The notes below the pieces were generated by a model. The model made no database searches. It was not told where the DNA came from and worked only from the letters and a program-made list of their open reading frames with translations. A stretch of DNA of 64,000 nucleotides from Caulobacteraceae bacterium (GTDB taxonomy: Bacteria > Pseudomonadota > Alphaproteobacteria > Caulobacterales > Caulobacteraceae). The position numbers and the translations under genes were made by a program. Position 1 is the stretch's first letter. The number at the start of each line of letters is the position of its first letter. Shown piece by piece: positions 57,259 through 64,000 of the stretch. Where the stretch lies: positions 17,091 through 81,090 of the forward strand of contig JAQGIW010000170.1 in assembly GCA_028290905.1 (NCBI GenBank), given 5' to 3'.

Positions 57259-57335
57259 GAACGGCGAGTTTCTGCAGCCATCCCCATGTCCGCAGGTGGC
57301 GCCTAACAGCCCTCGCCGCGTTGGCGCGCCGGTAG

Positions 57336-58127
57336 CTAGGCCGCCCCGCCACCGGCCAGCTTCTGCGCCGCGTGCAACAGCTCCACCGGCATCATCGCAA
57401 CGATTGCGCTGTTGTGCTCCACCCCGATCTCGGCCAGCGTTTGCAGCCGGCGCAATTCCAGCGCTCCCGGCGCGGCGCTGATCGTGGTGGCGGCCTCGGC
57501 CAGTTTACGGGCGGCCTCGCTCTCGCCTTCGGCCTTGATGATGCGGGCGCGTTTCTCGCGGACGGCCTCCGCCTCGCGGGCGATTGCCCTCTGCATCTGC
57601 TCGGGGATGTCGAGGTCCTTGATCTCGACCGCCTCGATCTCGACGCCCCACTTGCCCGCCGCGCTGGCGAGAAGCTCGAGTAGGCGCTTGTTGATGGCGG
57701 CGCGGTCTTTCAGCATCTGATCGAGGTCGCTCTGCCCGATGGCGTCGCGCATGCCGGTCTCGGCGGCCTGGACGATGGCGGACTGCCACTCGCGGACGGC
57801 GGTGACGACACGGGTAGGATCGATGGCGCGGTACCAGAGTACTGCGTTCACCCGCACCGCGACGCCATCGCGCGTGATCGTTTCCTGCGTCTCAAGCTGA
57901 ACGGTCACCGTGCGCGTGTCGACCTTTACGGCGCGGTCGATCAACGGAAGCAGCAGGTAGAGGCCTGGCCCCTTGAGGGCGCCTACGCGACCGAGGCGGA
58001 AGAAGACCGCCCGCTCGTATTCCTGATTCACCCGAAGCGAGGCGGAGAGCAGGGCGACCGCGGCCACGACGAGGACCAGGAGGAGAGCGAAGGGCATGAG
58101 GTGCTCCGAATCGGCCAGCGCCGACAC
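57336..58127 (-). CDS. SPFH/band-7 (stomatin-like) protein
   Basis: N-terminal TM helix, then VNQEYERAVFFRLGR ... and a coiled-coil AREAEAVREKRARIIKAEGE. 263 aa. Confidence 0.85.
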   Translation of the reverse strand: MSALADSEHLMPFALLLVLVVAAVALLSASLRVNQEYERAVFFRLGRVGALKGPGLYLLLPLIDRAVKVDTRTVTVQLETQETITRDGVAVRVNAVLWYRAIDPTRVVTAVREWQSAIVQAAETGMRDAIGQSDLDQMLKDRAAINKRLLELLASAAGKWGVEIEAVEIKDLDIPEQMQRAIAREAEAVREKRARIIKAEGESEAARKLAEAATTISAAPGALELRRLQTLAEIGVEHNSAIVAMMPVELLHAAQKLAGGGAA

Positions 58128-58285
58128 TTCCAGAGCTTAGCAGGCCTTGCCAACCGGGAGGGCGGGATCGGGCATGAGGGAAATTCATATGCTGTCGCCG
58201 CAATCCAACTCACCCTTTTTGATCGAGCACGTTTCAATTAACGGTAAAGGGCAAGGCAGGGCGGGACAAATACCGGCTACGTCCA

Positions 58286-58609
58286 TCAACGCGTGGCAAA
58301 AATTCTCCGGAAGAGTGCGAGCATAAGGGCGCCGTAGTAGAAGACGAAAGTCAATAGAACGATGAACATGGAGGGGAGTAGAGCGAACCCCAATCCGGGC
58401 GGTCCGTCCCTAGTGTCACCGGTAGCGAAGAACAGGAAATCAATGCCGAGCCATTCAACAGCGAGCAGCACTGGTAGAAGGTGGATTAGCCAACTTGGCC
58501 GGACGCTCGCTGCTAGCCTCCGAGCTCCGAAGGCGAGCGCGATCGGTCCGAGCGTCACGCCGACCCAAGCGCACCAACCGAGAACAGTCAAGAGAACCGA
58601 CCATATCAT
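58286..58609 (-). CDS. small hydrophobic membrane protein (hypothetical)
   Basis: 107 aa, three or four predicted helices. The ORF part upstream of ATG 58609 overlaps the neighbouring gene. Confidence 0.45.
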   Translation of the reverse strand: MIWSVLLTVLGWCAWVGVTLGPIALAFGARRLAASVRPSWLIHLLPVLLAVEWLGIDFLFFATGDTRDGPPGLGFALLPSMFIVLLTFVFYYGALMLALFRRIFATR

Positions 58610-58821
58610 CAGGGTGTCGTCGCACCTGGGCTGAGGGTCCGCGACGCCTCGATCAGCGTCGCGAGCCGACCGCCGCGGACGTCCGGAAGCCGGAGCCATG
58701 CCAACGGCAGCTGATGGCGCCTCGTCTCCGTATCGGATCACATGGCTTCGGCCGCCCAGGCTGCCATTCAGAATAGCTGAGGAGGGTGGAAAGCGGCCCG
58801 ATGATCTACGACCCGCGGGCA

Positions 58822-59454
58822 CTATCCCGTGTCGAAGCTGCAACTGTAATAGACCGCCGTGATGGGCAGACACGGTCCCACAATCTCCTCCCCGACAGGA
58901 GGACCTGATGCGCCCAAACCCGTTGGATCGTACAAAATTCCTGATGACAGTGAGTTCCAGCCGGTGAGTTCGAAAATAATCCTGTGGGTCTCACCGCGCT
59001 CGGCATAGACCGACGTGCCATCGCTCAGTCGCTCATCCAGCAAGGGGCCGTCATTCCCCCTTGAGGCTTGCGCCACCTGCCGGACGATACGCTCGTATCT
59101 GCTATGGTTCAGGAACAAGACGCCGCAGGTCATCACATAATGCGTCCCCCAAGTTATCGGGAAAAACAGCGCAAAGCCTAATATGAGGACGCCTGGAGGG
59201 CTCAGTGCGGTCACCACAGCTTGCAGCGGCGTCCGACGTTGTCGCCATGAGGCGACGAAGCCGTAGATCAACAACAGGACGGCGGCTATTAGCAGCGGAG
59301 CAGCGAACATCATCAGCAGGAACGACCAGGCCACGCCCATGAACCAGGAGCCAGGTGCGTCGAGCACGGCCAGCCCGCAGAGCGCAGCCAACCACAATGC
59401 CAACCCGGCATGCAGCCGGGTCCATTTGCGGAAGCGTGTCGAGGCGTTTGCCAT
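58822..59454 (-). CDS. hypothetical membrane protein
   Basis: 210 aa. Four hydrophobic helices followed by a roughly 90-aa soluble tail. No family recognised. Confidence 0.5.
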   Translation of the reverse strand: MANASTRFRKWTRLHAGLALWLAALCGLAVLDAPGSWFMGVAWSFLLMMFAAPLLIAAVLLLIYGFVASWRQRRTPLQAVVTALSPPGVLILGFALFFPITWGTHYVMTCGVLFLNHSRYERIVRQVAQASRGNDGPLLDERLSDGTSVYAERGETHRIIFELTGWNSLSSGILYDPTGLGASGPPVGEEIVGPCLPITAVYYSCSFDTG

Positions 59455-59708
59455 TTTCAGAGGATAAGCGGGCCACCGCCTCCATCGGTCAACGCAATTG
59501 TCGGCCGGGTCCGCTCAAGGTCGTCGTTCTCCGTTGAGCCGCCGGCGGTCGGTTGATGGCGCATTCTCCCCGTCTCGGGTCCCGGGGTTTCGGCCGCCAA
59601 GGCTGCCGTTCCGAACCGCTGCTCAGGGTGGATTGCGGTCATCGGCGTTCGCGGCGATGGTTTCCCCGTTGGGGCCGATGCCGGTGAGTTGGGCGAAGGG
59701 GCACGTGA

Positions 59709-60299
59709 GTGATAACAGCGCTACTTCTCGCAGCCGCAGTGGCGCAAGCACCCGCAACACCCCCCGGCATACCGGCGCCTCCCGTCGTACCCGCACCGGC
59801 GCCGCCTCCCACCATACCGATGCGTCCAGAGCAGATTTTGTGCCTAGCTTCCTCGCTAGTGCTCGGGTCAGTTGTGGATGCGTCAGTTGTAGGCGCTCAG
59901 GGTTCTTCACGCGACGCCACCGCAAGCTTGAAAATCAAAGCAAGCAAGATAATTGGCGAAGGCAACGGCTCCCTACGCGCACATGATATTATATTTGCCA
60001 CGGCTACAGTCGAGAGTGCCGGATTTACCATCAATGGTCGAGCGGTCAATTATAGCTGTGGGCTGTGTGGGCGCATTCTTACACGTGCGACGGATAAAGC
60101 AATAACAACTGAAGACGTTCAAAGTGCGGTCTTGGGTAAGAAACTCTTCTTTGGCGTCCGTAAGTCCAGCGCCACGCTCGCCGATCGGACAACTCGGCCG
60201 ACCGGTTATTCGGCAACGGTATGGCCCGTGGCCGAGCGCGATTGGGTAGAAGACACTTGGTTGTACGGATATTGCAAGAGGGTGAGGGCGTTAAAATAG
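59709..60299 (+). CDS. hypothetical secreted protein
   Basis: Short signal-like N-terminus ITALLLAAAVAQA followed by a Pro/Ala-rich stretch. GTG start. No family recognised. Confidence 0.45.
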   Translation: MITALLLAAAVAQAPATPPGIPAPPVVPAPAPPPTIPMRPEQILCLASSLVLGSVVDASVVGAQGSSRDATASLKIKASKIIGEGNGSLRAHDIIFATATVESAGFTINGRAVNYSCGLCGRILTRATDKAITTEDVQSAVLGKKLFFGVRKSSATLADRTTRPTGYSATVWPVAERDWVEDTWLYGYCKRVRALK

Positions 60300-60562
60300 G
60301 TTTCTCGCGCCCGATCGTGTACGTTGCTGGGTCGCGTGCTACCAAGAGCGCCGAACCCGGAAAGCGGACCCTGCAAGCGTCGTCTCGGCCCGCTGCTGGA
60401 AGCGGCCGCGGGCAACTTCGGTTCAGGGTCGATTCTCACCGTTGGGTCGGCGCCGGGAACTTGCCGTTGGCCAGCTCAGAGGCTTCGGCGCCGGATTCCG
60501 ACATTCCCAACGGCGGTACAGGGTGGAAAGTCGTGAGACTGGGCGCGCGCGCCGGCCGCTAT

Positions 60563-60985
60563 TCATTGCCCCGGCGCGCGACTACACAGCGCCTCATCTT
60601 CGCACTTCACATGTCTGCAACTGTAGTTCGTAAACCGGTGAGATAGGCCAAGGACTCGGTATGCTCTAAGGTGGCTCCCAAGCTCGCATGAATGCCCGTC
60701 GGTTTCGTCAGCGCAGTTCCGCTCGACGTCCGCAAGTCGCTGGACATGCCGACGAGCCGCACTGGCCAACGTGGCGTCAAAACCATCATATAGGTAGGGA
60801 TAGGCTGCGCCGTATAGCCAGTTCACGTGATGTGTCGGACACGTAGTTTGGAGGTCGCGATCCCAGTAATCCCATGCCACCCGACTTGCGCGCACGTCGT
60901 CTGCGACTACCGGCCCAGTCGCTGTCGTCGCTAAGCAGAGGGTAAAGCAAAGAAGCCACGATATCCCAGTGATTGGTCGGTCCAT
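60563..60985 (-). CDS. hypothetical secreted cysteine-containing protein
   Basis: Signal-like N-terminus WLLCFTLCLATTATG and six more Cys residues in 110 aa. No family recognised. Confidence 0.45.
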   Translation of the reverse strand: MDRPITGISWLLCFTLCLATTATGPVVADDVRASRVAWDYWDRDLQTTCPTHHVNWLYGAAYPYLYDGFDATLASAARRHVQRLADVERNCADETDGHSCELGSHLRAYRVLGLSHRFTNYSCRHVKCEDEALCSRAPGQ

Positions 60986-61116
60986 TCAGTGAGAATAGAC
61001 CCCATCGCTCACGTGGCCAAGTTCTCCTTTGGGTCGCGGGCCGCCGGCAGTTCCACGCCAGAATGCAGACGTTCAGCCGGGCGCCCGTCAATCGAACTCC
61101 ACTCCCGCAGGGGTGG

Positions 61117-62151
61117 TCAGGGGTTGGCGGTTGGGGCGGCCGCCTCGGTCTTCGATGGAGTCTCCGTCGCCGCCAAGTTGAAGCGAATAGGTAGGCTGAT
61201 CTTCACCCCGTCGACCGGCCCGCCCTCCTGCGTCCAGACGCTGATCCGCAGTCTCTCTGCGATCTGCGTCGTCACATCGGAGAAGCCGAACCCGTCCGGG
61301 ACTCCCGGCCTCGCCTCGCATTGGGTCAGCATCCCCTGCGGCGTGACGGTGCAGACTGCGACGCCGAGTCCCGTCTTCAGCCCGCGGGCGACCGCTTTGG
61401 CGGGAAAGAGTTTCTGCGCTACGGTTGGGTCGAGTTGGTTCGCCCAGATCGGCTCGCCCATCCGCCGGTTGGCGAACTCGGATCCGAGCGGGTCGATCAG
61501 GCGAATTGGGACGTCCACCTGCATCGCGTCGTGGGTGGCCTGCATCGCCGGCATCACCACCATCCTGAAACGCGGGAGGAGCTTGCGAGCGGCGTCGGCA
61601 AATCCCTTCCCTGCCGGTTCTTCGCGGATGAGATCGCAGTTTTTCAGCTCACCTGTCTTCTTCAGTTCGCAGCGAAAGGAGACGTAGCCGGAAGCTCCGC
61701 CCGCCCGCCCAGGATAGACGGCGCCCACGTCGGCGAACGTCGGCGCCGCGATCCACACGGGCCGGCCGAACATAGCTACGGAGCCGAGGTTGAGTCCTGG
61801 AACGGGACCCTGCGTGATGAAATTCACCGGGAACCTCACCTGGGACGGAGTCGGCTCGCCATGGACGATCGCCGGTTTGAAGACGAACTGAGGCGTCAGC
61901 ATCAGAGCTGCGGCGCCAAAACCCGCGCCCGGCGGCGTTTCGGAGATGACTTGGCAATCCTCCGTCAGCCCGTGGACGTTCACCCGGCAGCTGATCTCGG
62001 CCTTTCCGCTGACGCCCTCTCGGAGCGCTCGTATGGGCCACACCGATCGGATCTGCTCGGGCGTTGGCCGCTTCAGCCAGTCGGCCGTGCGATCCGGCTG
62101 CGCGGCGGCGGCCGTGGCGGCTGTCGCCGCCGCCAGGAGCCCGAGCATCAT
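61117..62151 (-). CDS. secreted protein with three tandem TonB-C-terminal-like domains
   Basis: Signal peptide. Then three ~90-aa units, each with P..A...G.sG...v.C.v...G.L..C.v..E.P.g.GFg.aa ... P(I/V)(R/N)F. Confidence 0.6.
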   Translation of the reverse strand: MMLGLLAAATAATAAAAQPDRTADWLKRPTPEQIRSVWPIRALREGVSGKAEISCRVNVHGLTEDCQVISETPPGAGFGAAALMLTPQFVFKPAIVHGEPTPSQVRFPVNFITQGPVPGLNLGSVAMFGRPVWIAAPTFADVGAVYPGRAGGASGYVSFRCELKKTGELKNCDLIREEPAGKGFADAARKLLPRFRMVVMPAMQATHDAMQVDVPIRLIDPLGSEFANRRMGEPIWANQLDPTVAQKLFPAKAVARGLKTGLGVAVCTVTPQGMLTQCEARPGVPDGFGFSDVTTQIAERLRISVWTQEGGPVDGVKISLPIRFNLAATETPSKTEAAAPTANP

Positions 62152-62327
62152 TACCTTGTCCCCCTCACCAATCTGAAGCTAACACCCGACCCGGCCGCGC
62201 TCCAGCCCGGATGCGAGCATCGCTACGGGACCTTGAGCCAACATCGTGCGTGCAAGCGAGTGTTAGGCTACCGCGCCAAGTACCGGCCGTTCCCAAGGGC
62301 TCAGGGGGGTGGGGTGCCGCCATTCAG

Positions 62328-62720
62328 TCAGCCACCAGCCGCCTTTGCGAGTTCGCCGCAAAGGGCGTCCGCGTCCGGAACGCTCTTCACAGGAAGAAAA
62401 TCTCGCGGCGGTTTGCCTATGTTACCGGCGGTCCTGAAGGCGTTCGGCGCGTTCCCGCTTGCGACTATGAACGTTCTTGTCTGATCGGCGGTCGGATAGA
62501 TCACACGACAAACATCTGGAGTTAAACCGCCATATAGGGCGAACATCGCGCCGTCACCACAGCCGAATATGTCAAAGCTGCTGCCGCTAGAACTGGTTAT
62601 ACCTGATCCACTTCTACTGACTACCACACCGTTAATCGTAAATACGGTTTCAGTGATGGCGCGAGCCTCCGCTGTGGGAGGCGCGAGGTTGGAGCCCACT
62701 AAATAGACGTCGAAACTCAT
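62328..62720 (-). CDS. hypothetical protein
   Basis: ORF with Ser/Gly-rich centre. Start tentatively at MSFDVY. No family recognised. Confidence 0.35.
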   Translation of the reverse strand: MSFDVYLVGSNLAPPTAEARAITETVFTINGVVVSRSGSGITSSSGSSFDIFGCGDGAMFALYGGLTPDVCRVIYPTADQTRTFIVASGNAPNAFRTAGNIGKPPRDFLPVKSVPDADALCGELAKAAGG

Positions 62721-63169
62721 ATCGTGCAATCGGCCACAAGAATGCGGACCGTGGTGCAACTTCTAAGGGTCCGCAAGGGGTCGAGGCGGTATAAAAACGC
62801 ATGGTTTCGAATTTGGCGCGCAATGTTAATCCCCCGGGAAGGCCATCGGAGGAATCGTGGTGCGCAAGATTGGCGATGCACTATCGAGAGAGGCAAGAAG
62901 TTGCGCGTCATTTCGGCCGGTTTGCGTTTTTACACAGCCTCGGTCGCGAACTGCGGCGACAGCCGCTCCCGGAACTCGCCGTTCGTGCGGCTCGCGTCTT
63001 GGCGGGGCTGAACGGCGAGTTGTGGCCCCAAGCCAATGACCGCACCTGGCGCATCGCGGTCGCGTCGCGTCGCGTGCCGTCACGGGGTCCTTGGACGTCG
63101 AGCCGCGATCGGTGCAATCTCCGGCGGCGTGATCGCAATCTCTTCGGCCGCGCCTGGCGTCGAGCAGGG

Positions 63170-63673
63170 ATGGAAGCCATGACTGAACAGCCGGTGGACG
63201 AGGCTGCGAAGCTTTCCTGGGGGCTCAAGCAGAGCTTCCGCGCTTACGTCGAGGGCGCGGGGGGCGCGATCGAGACAGGCGAGGGCGCGCAACGATCCGC
63301 CGACGGGTCCTTCACCTTCCCGGCCGCCCCGGGCGAGGGCCTGAAGCTGGGCGTCGATGGCAAGCCGGAAGGCGTCGGCAGGTTCGTGGGCGAGGTGCGA
63401 TGCGAGGCGCACGGCGGGATGCTCAAGGTCTTCCTCGCCGACCCGAGCGTGGAGGTCGGACCGGCGGGCGCGATCGTCGCCGTCGCCGATACGCGCGCCC
63501 GCGACCGCCGTGTCGAACTGGCCCAGCTCGACCTCGCTGCGGCGACGATCGCCGATGACGGCGAGTGGGTCATCCCGGCGAAACTCTCCCGGGATGGCTG
63601 GCAGGTGCTTGGCGACCACTACCCGCCGTCGACGCCACTCGACCCCGTGCGCCTGAAGCTGGCGCCACGCTAG
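63170..63673 (+). CDS. HtaA-domain protein (no signal peptide seen)
   Basis: LSWGLKQSFRAYVEGAGGAIETGEGA ... FTFP ... CEAHGGMLKVFLADPSVEV follows the HtaA-domain pattern. The ORF part upstream of 63170 has no coding look. Confidence 0.55.
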   Translation: MEAMTEQPVDEAAKLSWGLKQSFRAYVEGAGGAIETGEGAQRSADGSFTFPAAPGEGLKLGVDGKPEGVGRFVGEVRCEAHGGMLKVFLADPSVEVGPAGAIVAVADTRARDRRVELAQLDLAAATIADDGEWVIPAKLSRDGWQVLGDHYPPSTPLDPVRLKLAPR

Positions 63674-63740
63674 CGGCGCGGCCACTCGGACCTCGTGACG
63701 GCCTGAGCAGAAACGTCGGCTTTCCACACGGATGCCGGCT

Positions 63741-64000
63741 CTAACTCATCCACCAGCCCCGCGTGGCGTGACAGGCCTCCAACGCCCGCTGATAGCCGCC
63801 GCGCTCGCGCAGCCGCGCCATGTACGTCTGCTCGGCGTCACCGAGCACGACCCCGACATTCTTCCGCGCCATCTCCAGCGCATAGCCCACGGAAATGTCC
63901 GCCGCGGTGAAGGCTTCCCCGGCCATGTACGGCGCGAGCTCCAGGCGACGCGTCACGAGCTTCATTCGGCTCGTGAATACGTCCATCGCCTGGCGCGCGC
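63741..64000 (-). CDS. glutathione S-transferase, C-terminal part (5' end outside window)
   Basis: LAPYMAGEAFTAADISVGYALEMA is a typical GST C-terminal-domain helix. The frame is open to the window edge. Confidence 0.75.
   Translation of the reverse strand, partial: ARQAMDVFTSRMKLVTRRLELAPYMAGEAFTAADISVGYALEMARKNVGVVLGDAEQTYMARLRERGGYQRALEACHATRGWWMS

Noticed and set aside
56556-57352. ORFs 56556-57173(+) and 56897-57352(-) as genes of the phage-like scar.
   Set aside because: They overlap each other. They lack RBS-supported starts and recognisable motifs, and their composition is not convincingly coding. The region is left unannotated.

Overview
High-GC alphaproteobacterial chromosomal DNA. 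Gene order and a CtrA-type box upstream of ftsZ suggest a Caulobacter-like lineage, but this is only a guess. All coordinates were counted by hand and may be off by a few nt. The window has three parts. (1) nt 1-36,400 is an accessory catabolic region. It carries a P450/ferredoxin pair, dehydrogenases, a CoA-transferase, several alpha/beta-hydrolases, PF04909-type amidohydrolases, a FAD monooxygenase, an acyl-CoA ligase/FAH operon, two TonB-dependent receptors, and TetR and MarR regulators. It is scarred by three transposase remnants and at least five gene fragments that duplicate genes elsewhere in the window. (2) nt 36,900-48,000 is the conserved core ddl-ftsQ-ftsA-ftsZ-lpxC-bamD-recN-ligA. 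(3) nt 48,000-64,000 is mixed: a double retropepsin/TPR protein, aminopeptidase P, an LLM/hydrolase/PhyH/SDR operon, a small phage-like scar, an SPFH gene, and a lower-GC islet of orphan secreted and membrane proteins. The strongest signal is not a protein system. It is a reiterated ~50-80 bp module made of a promoter, a palindromic operator and a 5' hairpin, found in at least seven full and three partial copies across part 1. Each full copy points at the adjacent gene. Three copies belong to a triplicated TonB-receptor leader that now sits in front of unrelated genes through chimeric ORF stubs. I found no CRISPR array, no complete mobile element, no rRNA or complete tRNA, and no recognisable defence system.
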